Part shown: positions 30,793-41,474 of the stretch, piece after piece
How the letters are laid out: each line of letters starts with the position of its first letter
Numbering within the stretch: the stretch's first letter is position 1
Assembly: GCA_963727825.1 (NCBI GenBank)
Contig: CAVSHO010000011.1
Coordinates: 32,001-96,000 of the forward strand
Length of the DNA stretch: 64,000 nt
Reading direction: 5' to 3'
From: Ignavibacteriota bacterium
Lineage (GTDB): Bacteria; Bacteroidota; Ignavibacteria; UBA10030
The notes under the pieces: model-generated
The model's input: only the letters and a program-made list of their open reading frames with translations
Database searches by the model: none
Told to the model about the DNA's origin: nothing
Position numbers and translations under genes: made by a program

Positions 30793-33700
30793 CTATTTAA
30801 GTAGCACTGATTTTTTTGTTTTAAAATAATTACCAGCATGGATTCTATAAAAATAGACACCGCTGGAAAGTCCACTACCATCAAATTGCACTTCATAAGT
30901 ACCTGGTAGTTTTTGTTCGTTCACAAGTTTTGATACTTCTTTTCCAAGAATATCGTAAACAGTGATGCTTACAAAACTTGTATGCGGAATTAAATATCTT
31001 ATTGTGGTCCGCGGATTAAATGGATTAGGAAAATTCTGTAACAACGAGAATTCTGTCGGAATGTTATTTAATACATTTAAAGAGAAAACCAAAGAAAACC
31101 GGTTTTTATACTCACCTGCTTTTAATAAGAAACTGTACTGCGGATTAAGTCTTAAATCCTGACTGATCCCTGCTACGGTATCTACTAGATAAATATACCT
31201 TTTGGCGGGTATTTGTACAATGTTATTAGCTTTGAAAGTGATCCATCCATCTTTTGCTGTTTTGATGCCAAGCGGAATCCTCTTAATACTATCAACCGGA
31301 AAGGGTATCGCGATTATCGAAAGGCGACTGGAATCTGCTATCATTGTATATAAATTAGGAACAAGTACATTGGTATTCATCAGCTTCAATGCATCAAGAT
31401 TCTTATCGAATGACTGCGTAGCCGAACTGTCAAAATAGATTACGGCAGGGTCGGGTGTTGCTCCGTTGTCCGTAAAACCTGCAGTAATTCTTAGTAAAGG
31501 CAGAGTGTCCGTTTTCACCGATTTTAAAAGCGCGTGTGTAAGATCGTTTATTCTTACACTATCTGTGATTCCAAGAGTTCCGGTAACTGGATAAGAGCCA
31601 TTGGAAACATGAACAAAAAATCCTTGCATTGAAGGAATAATATTAGTGGCCATCCCATCGCTCGAAATCCCATTGATATAAGTGCTATATGTGCCGGTAT
31701 ATTGATCACTTGCCTGGAAGTAATATAATGCATTATCGATATTCGTCTTTGTCCAGCCACTTGTGTCATCCCAATTGATAGGTGAAGGATATGGATTGCC
31801 CACCAAATTAAAACCCGATGTGTATGGCTGATTATGATTATACAAAGTGGTAGACAAGCTACCATTGTTCACCACACCAGCAACAGCCACAGTTTCAACA
31901 ATTGCTGAAGGACCAAAGTTCGCGGCATATCCCTGCATGGGATTTAACAAATTTGTTGCTGTGGTATAATTTACCCATCCTGAGGAAGTCATATTCTCGT
32001 TGTATTGATAGAATGTCGGGAAGGAAGCTCCTAAATTTAAGTAACTGGAAAATTCACCGACTGTAGCCCCCTGAAAAGGAGAGCTGATATATTTGTAGCC
32101 AAACACAGAGGGAAGATATCGTTGCATAGTAACATTTCCGGATACCTGCCCGCTGCCGCTGCCATCAATCAAGGCTGTTTGTGTAGACGTGGAAAGAAGC
32201 GTCAGATTTCCATTGGTATTAAGCGGTCCATTGCAAAGCAGGATTCCACTTAATGACATCATCTGATTATTCAATGTGAGGCTGTTCGTTCTGTTAATTG
32301 TAAAGTTATTAATAAACGGTGGAATAGTAAAAGTACCTACAGGTATCGTAAAGGCGGCGCCTCCAGTATTTCCTGAAGTGCCGAAAACAAGATTCGAACT
32401 TGTAGTAGTTGTTATTGTTCCTGATGTTCTGGCAATCGGATTATCCGAAGTTTGGAATGTAAGTGTATTTGCACCGACAGAAAGGGCTCCATTTGTCAAA
32501 GTAAGAGTACAAGTAACAGTAATAGGATTTGAGATCGAAAGTCCTGCGCTGTTATTTAGCGCTAAATAGTTAAAAATAATTGGACTGATTGAGGTGATAT
32601 TCTGCGGTGTTGTTCCACTAAAGCTTACCGTATCATTAAGCGCCGTTTGCAATGCACCGCTCGTGACAGTCATATTATTCAGAATTGTTTCGTTTCCGAC
32701 TAATATCGCGGTGGCGTTAGTATTGTTCACAAGAATATTATAAATATATGGAAAACTATTGATATTCATAGTTTGAGCAACTGGAGTAGAAGGACCGCCG
32801 ATTTGCAGTGTTCCACCGGTAACCGTAAAGTTGGTCAATGTATTTAAATAACCCAAATCAGAGGCTCCACTGCCTCCTTCTTGCTGCACAATAATGCTAC
32901 CGTTGGACCATGTAAACGTTGATCCAGCGACCGTCAATTCGATTGGCGAAACAGTGGTTGATGTTGAGCCATATGTAGGCACGGTAAGAACTCCACCGGA
33001 CATGTTGAAGTTAACAACTGTTGTTAAATTGGCACGTTCAATTCTTCCGGCAACATTTACAGCGCCTCCTTCAATGGTGATTGTCCCGCCACTATAGACG
33101 AGTCGATTATCAGGAGCATTGCCGATATTTAACGTTCCCGTGGTTATGTGCAATATACCTGCAACAGATAGATCGCCTCCGATGGTACTCACCACTGCTG
33201 ATAAATTATTAATCCACATTCCAGCCAAAGATGGAATTGTTGGCGATCCCGAGAATGGTATAATATTCGCACTCGTTGACAACTTGAAAGTTCCAGTGAT
33301 TAAAGTAAGAAAACCTGCTGATAACGATGAGAAATGGCTCGAAGTAACTTCCAGTATATCGCTCGATGTTGACCCCACATTCACATTCATAGTATAAAAA
33401 TTAGTTGTAGTTCCGTTTCCTGAAATTGTTTGTGTTCCATAAGGTTTGTTCAATGTAATACCGGCAGCGTTCGACGTACTAAGTCCCAGATTCAATATGC
33501 CGTTATTTATAAGATTGCCGCTGAGGGTAACCGCATGACCTGTTTGTGGTAAAGTTGTATTGATATCAAGCGTAGCATTATTATTAATAGTAATATTACC
33601 GGTAACGGTTAGCGTACGTGCCGCACCGTCGTCCCCTCCGATATGCAATGTACCGCTTGAGCCTTGTCCAACTGTGAGTGAATTGAGTGATGCATTCACA

Positions 33701-36700
33701 TCCATTTTTACAATAGTCCCATCGGCAATTGTTACATCTGAATTGGTTGTCGGAACTGAATTTTGCACCCACGTCGACGGTGTATTCCAATTCGTTGATG
33801 CCTTAGATGTGAATGATGCTGCAGGAAGTGTCGCTTTATTGCCAGATAATGCGGAACTCAATCCGCCTTCTGTGAATGCATAAACCTTCCAATAATATGT
33901 AGTATTCGCAACCAGCCCAGACTCATTTGAAGATGTGCTTCCCGCTACGAGTTGCCGGATAAAGGAATATGTAACACCACCATCGTCAGAACGATAAATT
34001 GCATAACCAAGTTCGTTATCCGCAACATCATTCCATGTGAGCGTCATAGAATTAGAAGCCACAATTGGGAAATTCAACGATGTCGGAGTTGCCGGTATAT
34101 TCGGTGTAAACGTGTATTTCGTGATGGACTGCGGCATTGTCAAGAGTTGGTACTGCTGGGTATTTGAGAACGAATTTGTTTTTGCCGTCTGCAAGCAAAG
34201 AAGTTGCGCTGCCGTTGGAGGATTGGGTGAAATAGAAGGCCCATTGATTCCCGTAACATATCCAAAATTAGCTTCTAACGCGATCGTGCCAGACATATTT
34301 CCATAGCAAAACTCAATTACTCCAGTGCTTTCGTGTAGTTTTACCTGGAAGTTCAGTATATCTGTAGTTTCCACCCAACACGACATATTGATCCATTCGA
34401 CAGTGAGTATGCGATTTGGTGCGGTACTATCAACCTGATATTTTACGCTATTACCGAGTGGTACAGTTGTTTGCCATGTTGTTAAATCAAAATAGAACGG
34501 TGCAAGAGCCGTTACTGTCCCAACGCCACCTGAAGAAGCGGAACGCGTCGGATCAACAAAGTCTGTGCTATAAGGCCCATAGGGATTATATTGCTGCAAA
34601 GCGCCTGAACCGCCGTTCCAGCTTGACGTATCAAAATCCATAAAGCCGTTCGTGGAAGCACTAAATTGAGTGTATCGTTTGCCATCATACCAAAAATCGA
34701 AACCAATCGGCACGGGATAACTACGATTGTCATCGTAATAACTGTTGTCACTGATATTGGTAGTCCGCCACGACTCGACTGCAATGCCTGTTGTTGCTAT
34801 GGAATTATATTGTACTCCCGTTGTTATGTACTGGACTGCGTAGTTCGCTACTCCTGAGACTTGAATATTGCCAAGTTGGAAATCGCCAAACCCAGCTATT
34901 CCTGTTGCTTGAGTCGTCGTGGAAGTTCGAGTACCAATTGTCGGAGTGCTCCATGTCCCGCTATTGTATCTTGCAACACTAAAGGAAGCAGGAACCGCAC
35001 TTGGATCAAGGTCGGCAGAAACAAAAGTAAACACCACATTGTATGTTGTAAACACAATACCGCTGTTTGTAAGTGTCCAGTAACGATTAGCCGTCTTCGA
35101 ACTATTCAATCCTGAAGTGAGAATCTGTGGATGATCACCGGTTGTGGTCGATGCCGTAAGAGATCCCGCTGTTGTGACATTAGCGAATGAAACTGTAACC
35201 GGCGTATATGCAGAAGCATCGCCAATATCAAATGTGTTGCTTGTTACGCCGGTTGCAAAATACCGATTGAGATTTCCGATAACATAACCGCTTGTTCGGC
35301 TGACTGTTCCAGTGGAACTGACAGCAAGAGAATACGCATTTGTTGTTATTGTACCGCTTGTGAAAGTCAGAGTGCCTGCCACAGTAGTATTTACGCCGAG
35401 AACAATGCCAGTCGAATTATTGATCGTTAACTTGTTAAAGGACGTTGCTGTCGACCCACCAATTGTCTGCGTTGCCGCACCGTTGAGATTAACCGTTCCA
35501 CCATTTGCTGTAAACGTTCCGCTGTTACTAAAATTGCCCGCCAAGCTCATTGTGCTCGAAGTCGATACCAGAGTACCCGAACTGATTGTGAGTCCATTCA
35601 AAGTAACAGCATTGGCACCAAAACCTAGTACACCGGCGCCTGCTATTGTTAAGTTATAACTTCCGGCTGAGAGTGTACCACCTATCGTGAGTGTATTTCC
35701 ACTGATAGTGATCTGGTGACTGGCATTCATAGTAACAGTGCCACTACCCAGATTAAGGTTATTGGAACCAATAAAAGAAAAATCACTACTCAAAGTAAGT
35801 GGATAGTTGACAGTGGTTATTGCTCCTCCGTTGCTATTATCGATCGTTCCACCAGCAATGACAAAAGTTCCTGCAACAGTGCCAAGAGCAGAAGCATTAT
35901 TAATTCTTAGAGTACCAGAGTTAAGCGTTGTACCTCCGGTAAAAGTGTTTGCCTGATTCAGAGTTAATGTACCCGTGCCACTATATGTGATACCGCCGGA
36001 ACCGTTTCCAAATACACCAGTTTGAATTACATTTCCACTTCCGTTAAACGTCGTCAAGTATGTCGAGTTAGTTACTGCACCTAAACTTAACTGCGTGACA
36101 CCTCCGACTGCTGGATTGTTTACTGTGTATTTCGGTGCTGCTGTATGCGTTATCGCTCCAAAGGTAACCCCCGCTGTTCCACTCGTCACATTACTGCCAC
36201 CGGCTATAGTTAACGTATAAGCACCAATGCTTAATGTGCCAAGTGTATGAATAATTCCTGCACTTGCTGCAGTTGCCTTGTCAGAAGCAATTGTGGCAGA
36301 TCCACCCATTGTTATATTGTATGCGTTTACACTTGCATTAATAGCTAAATCAAGCGTACCTCCACTAAGTGTTAATGCAGTACCTGCTGCACCGAGCGCC
36401 GCCGTGTTTGCTAATACTAAAGTACCTGTAGTGAGTGTTCGTGTACCACTGAAGGTATTAGACCCTGAAAGTACTAATGTACCTCCTCCACTAACTGTTA
36501 GGTTAACAGCAGAAACGGCACCTGATATTGTCGCAGTACCGCTGGTCTTTGTGCAACTCACACTACCCGTTGTCGTGAATCCGGCGATACTCTGCGTTGC
36601 TGTAGTTCCATCAATTGTAACTCCGCCTGTGCCACTTGTTAATGTGCCAGCATTTATAAAATCTCCATCAAAAGTTAAAAGATAAGTTCCAGGAGTTAAT

Positions 36701-39579
36701 GTTGCGCTGGAAACAATTTTTAATGGAACACTTGTGTTATTGCCAATCACTTTGGCAACTCCAAGTGTTACTGTTCCACTATTAATTATTACTCCACCTG
36801 TTGCTACAAATGGTGTAATCCATTCTAGGCCGGCAGTTACTGTTTGGTCATATTGCAATGTCGCCGCTGATCCGTACGTTGGAGCTACTGTTGCTGTCGA
36901 AGTTCCCGCCATATCAAGAATATTGGTGACAGTGACACCTGTCATTGTCTTGGCACCACTTCCAGATAGTCCTAAGTTATAAAAGGTTATACCAGTTGCC
37001 ACGGTTTGGGCACCGGCTCCTGTGTAATTAACCGTGTTCCCAACTGCGGCAACATTAAGCGTTGTAATTGTTGCTACGGCTGGTGTGGAGGTGATATTAA
37101 GTACACCTGTTGCTGCGTTGGTAAATGCAGTAACTGTTCCTGTGCTACCCATATTAAACGTGAGATTATTCGTAACTGTGCCAGAGGTCGTTGTTCCCGC
37201 ACCTGAGCTCGTAACAATTCCATTGTTGGTAAGAGTGGCAATTGAGCATGTTCCGCCAAGGGTAAGTGTTCCTGTCGCACCATTTAATAATGTGCCTGTT
37301 CCTGCTAAAGCTGTTGTAGCATTTATTGTTCCATTATTCGTTAAAGTTACTCCTGTTACTGTAAGGAGTGTTGCACACGTCAAGGTTCCACTATTGGTAT
37401 AAGTTCCTGTAAAGGTTGCTGTTGGAATAGAAGTAGTAGTTGCTCCACTTAATATGTTTGCGGCACCGATAAATGTATGTGTTCCGGTGTTTGCAGTAAA
37501 TGTTGTTGCATTGTTCGTAAAGCTACCTCCAATAGAATATGTTGCAACACCTGTCTCACTCCAAACTGCACCAGAATTTAGAGTTACATCTCCAGTGAAT
37601 GTCTTAGCGCCTGTGCCTGCAAGAGTAAATGTTCCTGTAACTGAAGTAGTACTTGTTACTCCAAGCGTAAAGGTAGCTCCGGTTGTTAAACCACTACCAC
37701 TGCCGATAGTAAGAGTACCAGTAATAGCTAAATTGGACCCTGTAGTCATAACTGCTGTACCAGAAATATTAACATTTCCGCCAACGGTAGTGATCACTGT
37801 TGTCGCAGTTGCTGAACCACTCATGCTAAAATTATTTGTAATTGTAGTGACACCCGTCATTGTTTTGGCACCACTTCCAGATAGTCCTAAGTTATAAAAG
37901 GTTATACCAGTTGCCACGGTTTGGGCACCGGCTCCTGTGTAATTAACCGTGTTCCCAACTGCGGCAACATTAAGCGTTGTAATTGTTGCTACGGCTGGTG
38001 TGGAGGTGATATTAAGTACACCTGTTGCTGCGTTGGTAAATGCAGTAACTGTTCCTGTGCTACCCATATTAAATGTGAGATTATTCGTAACTGTGCCAGA
38101 GGTCGTTGTTCCCGCACCTGAGCTCGTAACAATTCCATTGTTGGTAAGAGTGGCAATTGAGCATGTTCCGCCAAGGGTAAGTGTTCCTGTCGCACCATTT
38201 AATAATGTGCCTGTTCCTCCTGCTAAAGCTGTTGTAGCATTTATTGTTCCATTATTCGTTAAAGTTACTCCTGTTACTGTAAGGAGTGTTGCACACGTCA
38301 AGGTTCCACTATTGGTATAGGTTCCTGTAAAGGTTGCTGTTGGAATAGAAGTAGTAGTTGCTCCACTTAATATGTTTGCGGCACCGATAAATGTATGTGT
38401 TCCGGTGTTTGCAGTAAAAGTTGTTGCATTGTTCGTAAAGCTACCTCCAATAGAATATGCTGCAATACCTGTTTCACTCCAAACTGCACCGGCATTGAGT
38501 GTGACATCACCCGTGAAGGTTTTTCCAGATGTACCACCAAGAGTTAGTGTGCCTGTAACGTTTGTAGCTCCTGTAACTCCAAGTGTTTGGTTCCCAGCTG
38601 TAGTAAGATTAGTGCCACTGCCTACCGTAAGAATTCCTCCAACTACTCTGCCAGCAGCAAGAGTCCATGTTTTTGTTCCCGATCCTGAGGTTGACAAATT
38701 ATAATAAGCAACATCGATTACGATCTGTGCACCGGCACCGCTGTAATTCACCGTGTTTCCAACAGCGACAACATTAAGCGTTGTAATTGTAGGTACGGTT
38801 GCTGCGCTGATATTAAGTACTCCTGTCGCTGTGTTGGTAAAGGCAGTAACTGTTCCTGTGCTACCCATATTAAATGTGAGATTATTCGTAACAGTGGTAG
38901 AGGTCGTTGTTCCCGTACCTGAGCTCGTAACAATTCCATTATTTGTAAGAGTGGCAACAGAGCAAGTTCCACCAAGGGCAAGCGTTCCTGTCGCACTATT
39001 TAATAATATACCTGTGCCGGCTAATGCTGTTCCAATTGTCAATGAATTATTATTAGTAAGTGTTATTGCGGCTCCCGTAACTGTAACACTTGAAATAGTA
39101 AAAGTTCCGGTAAGCGCCTGGCTGTTGGTGTTGAATGTGTGGACGCCCGTACTTGCCGTAAAAGTCCCACTGTTTGTAATACCACCTTGGAAAGTAGGAG
39201 TTGCCGCAGCTGTTTCAGTCCAAGTAGAACCTGCATTAATTGTTACAGCGCCTGTAACAGTAAACGATATCGCAGCTGAAATGGTTAATGTTGCATTTGT
39301 AGCAGTGCCAAGCGTTATAGATGCCAATGCATTTGCAGGCGCAACGCTAAGAGTTGGTTGAGAACCTGTAAATGAAACCACGCCTATTTGAACAATATCA
39401 CCTACTGCTGAACCTGGAATTCCAACAGGGTTCCAGTTGGTGTTAGTCGCCCAAGCAGCACTTGTAGTGCCAGTCCAATTATAAGTCGCTGCTGTTGCAG
39501 TCGCTCCAAGCGCAACAATAAGTGCAAACGTCATCAGCAGAACGATCAATGTACGCGATATATGAGATTTCTGTTTCAA
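30793..39579 (-). CDS. Giant Thr/Gly-rich beta-helical adhesin-like protein with FN3 domain and T9SS-type C-terminal tail
   Basis: 2928 aa; signal peptide; autotransporter-like beta-strand repeats (GTGTLTLNQANTFTGGTTLNSGTL); TYYWKVYA FN3; NLVGNPYPSPINW; QNFPNPFNP...KKSVLLK tail. Confidence 0.85.
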   Translation of the reverse strand: MKQKSHISRTLIVLLMTFALIVALGATATAATYNWTGTTSAAWATNTNWNPVGIPGSAVGDIVQIGVVSFTGSQPTLSVAPANALASITLGTATNATLTISAAISFTVTGAVTINAGSTWTETAAATPTFQGGITNSGTFTASTGVHTFNTNSQALTGTFTISSVTVTGAAITLTNNNSLTIGTALAGTGILLNSATGTLALGGTCSVATLTNNGIVTSSGTGTTTSTTVTNNLTFNMGSTGTVTAFTNTATGVLNISAATVPTITTLNVVAVGNTVNYSGAGAQIVIDVAYYNLSTSGSGTKTWTLAAGRVVGGILTVGSGTNLTTAGNQTLGVTGATNVTGTLTLGGTSGKTFTGDVTLNAGAVWSETGIAAYSIGGSFTNNATTFTANTGTHTFIGAANILSGATTTSIPTATFTGTYTNSGTLTCATLLTVTGVTLTNNGTINATTALAGGTGTLLNGATGTLTLGGTCSIATLTNNGIVTSSGAGTTTSGTVTNNLTFNMGSTGTVTAFTNAATGVLNITSTPAVATITTLNVAAVGNTVNYTGAGAQTVATGITFYNLGLSGSGAKTMTGVTTITNNFSMSGSATATTVITTVGGNVNISGTAVMTTGSNLAITGTLTIGSGSGLTTGATFTLGVTSTTSVTGTFTLAGTGAKTFTGDVTLNSGAVWSETGVATYSIGGSFTNNATTFTANTGTHTFIGAANILSGATTTSIPTATFTGTYTNSGTLTCATLLTVTGVTLTNNGTINATTALAGTGTLLNGATGTLTLGGTCSIATLTNNGIVTSSGAGTTTSGTVTNNLTFNMGSTGTVTAFTNAATGVLNITSTPAVATITTLNVAAVGNTVNYTGAGAQTVATGITFYNLGLSGSGAKTMTGVTVTNILDMAGTSTATVAPTYGSAATLQYDQTVTAGLEWITPFVATGGVIINSGTVTLGVAKVIGNNTSVPLKIVSSATLTPGTYLLTFDGDFINAGTLTSGTGGVTIDGTTATQSIAGFTTTGSVSCTKTSGTATISGAVSAVNLTVSGGGTLVLSGSNTFSGTRTLTTGTLVLANTAALGAAGTALTLSGGTLDLAINASVNAYNITMGGSATIASDKATAASAGIIHTLGTLSIGAYTLTIAGGSNVTSGTAGVTFGAITHTAAPKYTVNNPAVGGVTQLSLGAVTNSTYLTTFNGSGNVIQTGVFGNGSGGITYSGTGTLTLNQANTFTGGTTLNSGTLRINNASALGTVAGTFVIAGGTIDNSNGGAITTVNYPLTLSSDFSFIGSNNLNLGSGTVTMNASHQITISGNTLTIGGTLSAGSYNLTIAGAGVLGFGANAVTLNGLTISSGTLVSTSSTMSLAGNFSNSGTFTANGGTVNLNGAATQTIGGSTATSFNKLTINNSTGIVLGVNTTVAGTLTFTSGTITTNAYSLAVSSTGTVSRTSGYVIGNLNRYFATGVTSNTFDIGDASAYTPVTVSFANVTTAGSLTASTTTGDHPQILTSGLNSSKTANRYWTLTNSGIVFTTYNVVFTFVSADLDPSAVPASFSVARYNSGTWSTPTIGTRTSTTTQATGIAGFGDFQLGNIQVSGVANYAVQYITTGVQYNSIATTGIAVESWRTTNISDNSYYDDNRSYPVPIGFDFWYDGKRYTQFSASTNGFMDFDTSSWNGGSGALQQYNPYGPYSTDFVDPTRSASSGGVGTVTALAPFYFDLTTWQTTVPLGNSVKYQVDSTAPNRILTVEWINMSCWVETTDILNFQVKLHESTGVIEFCYGNMSGTIALEANFGYVTGINGPSISPNPPTAAQLLCLQTAKTNSFSNTQQYQLLTMPQSITKYTFTPNIPATPTSLNFPIVASNSMTLTWNDVADNELGYAIYRSDDGGVTYSFIRQLVAGSTSSNESGLVANTTYYWKVYAFTEGGLSSALSGNKATLPAASFTSKASTNWNTPSTWVQNSVPTTNSDVTIADGTIVKMDVNASLNSLTVGQGSSGTLHIGGDDGAARTLTVTGNITINNNATLDINTTLPQTGHAVTLSGNLINNGILNLGLSTSNAAGITLNKPYGTQTISGNGTTTNFYTMNVNVGSTSSDILEVTSSHFSSLSAGFLTLITGTFKLSTSANIIPFSGSPTIPSLAGMWINNLSAVVSTIGGDLSVAGILHITTGTLNIGNAPDNRLVYSGGTITIEGGAVNVAGRIERANLTTVVNFNMSGGVLTVPTYGSTSTTVSPIELTVAGSTFTWSNGSIIVQQEGGSGASDLGYLNTLTNFTVTGGTLQIGGPSTPVAQTMNINSFPYIYNILVNNTNATAILVGNETILNNMTVTSGALQTALNDTVSFSGTTPQNITSISPIIFNYLALNNSAGLSISNPITVTCTLTLTNGALSVGANTLTFQTSDNPIARTSGTITTTTSSNLVFGTSGNTGGAAFTIPVGTFTIPPFINNFTINRTNSLTLNNQMMSLSGILLCNGPLNTNGNLTLLSTSTQTALIDGSGSGQVSGNVTMQRYLPSVFGYKYISSPFQGATVGEFSSYLNLGASFPTFYQYNENMTSSGWVNYTTATNLLNPMQGYAANFGPSAIVETVAVAGVVNNGSLSTTLYNHNQPYTSGFNLVGNPYPSPINWDDTSGWTKTNIDNALYYFQASDQYTGTYSTYINGISSDGMATNIIPSMQGFFVHVSNGSYPVTGTLGITDSVRINDLTHALLKSVKTDTLPLLRITAGFTDNGATPDPAVIYFDSSATQSFDKNLDALKLMNTNVLVPNLYTMIADSSRLSIIAIPFPVDSIKRIPLGIKTAKDGWITFKANNIVQIPAKRYIYLVDTVAGISQDLRLNPQYSFLLKAGEYKNRFSLVFSLNVLNNIPTEFSLLQNFPNPFNPRTTIRYLIPHTSFVSITVYDILGKEVSKLVNEQKLPGTYEVQFDGSGLSSGVYFYRIHAGNYFKTKKSVLLK
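36932..38492 (-). repeat. Near-identical ~640 bp internal duplication in the adhesin (about 36932-37575 and 37847-38492), plus a diverged third copy near 38740-39000
   Basis: Long identical DNA runs offset by ~915 bp; antisense ORFs 37034..37402 and 37949..38320 are almost identical. Confidence 0.9.
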
Positions 39580-39670
39580 GCGAAAAATCTAATAGGTGTT
39601 TCTCAATAATGAATTATATTTCATTGCTTTTTTCATTGTTTTATTTTTACGTTGCTATCGCATTTGATTA

Positions 39671-40552
39671 TCAATGCAGGAGCAATTCCGTTTCCGCAAG
39701 TTTTTCAGATTTTGTGTCCGATTGCGCAGTATAGACTATATGCAATTTTCCTTTTCTGTAATCAATTCCCAAAGTTTTGTCAACATCAACCTTTAATCGG
39801 CGAACCGGATTCGGAGTGTAAACGGCCATCCCCTGAATAAAGCTCACCCGCATTACTTCGCCCTGTGGTGAAATATAATCAATTGCAATATCACCATAGA
39901 CCGACATATTGCCCGTACGGTTAAATGCCATTTTAATAATGGGCATCGTGTCGTTTACCATTTCAAATGATACATCCGATATACTTACCTTGGTTGTAGA
40001 TTCACCGATCCGGATGATGACAGGTACTGTAATACCAAAAACTGGAACTAATTTTATAGAAATAGATGTAGTATCTTTGAGAACTTCTTTTTCGCCGAGT
40101 GGCTTTTCAGCCGGTATCGCTCTGAAATATAGATGCGAGCGATATTCACCGGGTGACATCTGATCAGCTTTGAAAAGTTGTATTTTTACTGCTTGTGCAT
40201 CGTTTGGGGCAAGGATAACACTACGTGGGAAAAAACGAATGTATTTGTCGGCAAAATTCTCCCCGGAATCAGGTTGAGCGATTTCTTCAAATGAACCATC
40301 TTCCTTCATCCTATATTGTACAAAAGAAATATTATACCTGGCTGTATCCATCCCGGTATTGGCAAGATTAAGAGTCTGAGATCTTTTTGATCCTTCAAAA
40401 ACCACTCTTCTTGGAAATACCATTAGGTTGCCTTGCGCCATCAGGTTTGTGGAAGAAAATAGCGCTAATAATATCAATCCTGAAAGGAGAATGATAAAAT
40501 ACTTGTCTTGCACAAATGCAAGTTGGTTTTTTAAGAATTTGAGTGTGTGCAT
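39671..40552 (-). CDS. PapD-like periplasmic chaperone
   Basis: LMVFPRRVVF, LNLANTG, IRFFPRSVILAP, GEYRSHLYF, ITVPVIIR, RTGNMSVYG. Confidence 0.8.
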   Translation of the reverse strand: MHTLKFLKNQLAFVQDKYFIILLSGLILLALFSSTNLMAQGNLMVFPRRVVFEGSKRSQTLNLANTGMDTARYNISFVQYRMKEDGSFEEIAQPDSGENFADKYIRFFPRSVILAPNDAQAVKIQLFKADQMSPGEYRSHLYFRAIPAEKPLGEKEVLKDTTSISIKLVPVFGITVPVIIRIGESTTKVSISDVSFEMVNDTMPIIKMAFNRTGNMSVYGDIAIDYISPQGEVMRVSFIQGMAVYTPNPVRRLKVDVDKTLGIDYRKGKLHIVYTAQSDTKSEKLAETELLLH

Positions 40553-40718
40553 GTCTTTTTATTTTAATAAAATGAGTGATAAATACTTTTGATTAAGAGC
40601 AATGCTACATAGTAGCAAACGTTTTCTAAATGCTCATCATATAGTATTATCCTAATATACAAAAACTACGTACATCATACACCGCCTCATTTTATTTTTC
40701 TTTCAATAAATGCATGTC

Positions 40719-41222
40719 CTAATTATAATTGACCGTTACACATAAACCAGAAGTATTTTTGTAAGTGTCGGCTGCTGTAGATGCAGGTATATTCAATGTA
40801 GCGCCAACATTCACTGTCTGAGTGCCTGCACTCAACTTACCTGTCGAAGCAGGATTACTAACAAATGCACCTATTGTCACACCATCAGTAGTACCATTAA
40901 GTACTATAGGTGAACTTGGCAATGATATAGTATACGTATAACTTCCTGAGCCAGTAACAGCAAAAGAAGCGGCTGTAACCGTTCCTGCGGAAGCAGGAAG
41001 TGTTACACCACCATTTGGTGTGCGTGTACCATCAGGACCCAGGATAACTGTGCCTGATGCTGTGGTTGTAGCTATATTACCGAAAACCATATCAACTGCC
41101 TTAGTTATGCCGATCGGTGTTACAATAGTAACCGCTATGCTGGCCGTCGCAATTGCTTGAGCAAGCGTATTTGTCGAGAATCCGATCAGAAAGAGTGCAA
41201 AATATTTAATTATGTTTTTCAT
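40719..41222 (-). CDS. DUF4402 pilin-like protein
   Basis: Signal peptide, IVTPIGITK..DMVFG, AASFAVTG, VGATL, terminal VTVNYN. Confidence 0.85.
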   Translation of the reverse strand: MKNIIKYFALFLIGFSTNTLAQAIATASIAVTIVTPIGITKAVDMVFGNIATTTASGTVILGPDGTRTPNGGVTLPASAGTVTAASFAVTGSGSYTYTISLPSSPIVLNGTTDGVTIGAFVSNPASTGKLSAGTQTVNVGATLNIPASTAADTYKNTSGLCVTVNYN

Positions 41223-41260
41223 TTCACGAACCCCTATAGTTTACGTTATATTTTGAAAAA

Positions 41261-41276
41261 TTCAACTAACGTGCCA
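41261..41276 (-). promoter_or_regulatory. Sigma54-like -24/-12 motif upstream of the second DUF4402 gene
   Basis: Minus strand TGGCACGTTAGTTGAA versus consensus TGGCACNNNNNTTGCW. Confidence 0.5.
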
Positions 41277-41410
41277 GTTAATAGTGCTCTGGTTTCTGTG
41301 AATTTGTTCTATATAGGGTTTGGAAATGAGTGTAATTTCGACAAAACGATCTAATTAACTAAGCGTTTTGTCATTTTTTCATATTATTAATCCCTTCATC
41401 CAAAACTTGT

Positions 41411-41442
41411 AAAAAAAACGCTGCCCATTATAGGCAGCGTTT
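41411..41442 (-). terminator. Intrinsic terminator after the first DUF4402 gene
   Basis: Minus strand AAACGCTGCC-TATAATG-GGCAGCGTTTTTTTT. Confidence 0.8.
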
Positions 41443-41474
41443 CTCTTTATTGATTATTTTAATGAAAGTATATT

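Noticed and set aside
36932-38492. Duplicated block as a DGR template/variable repeat pair
   Set aside because: Both copies are in frame in one gene, differences are not adenine-specific, and no reverse transcriptase is present
30962-39361. Many Val/Pro-rich plus-strand ORFs
   Set aside because: Antisense products of the Thr/Gly-rich adhesin codons
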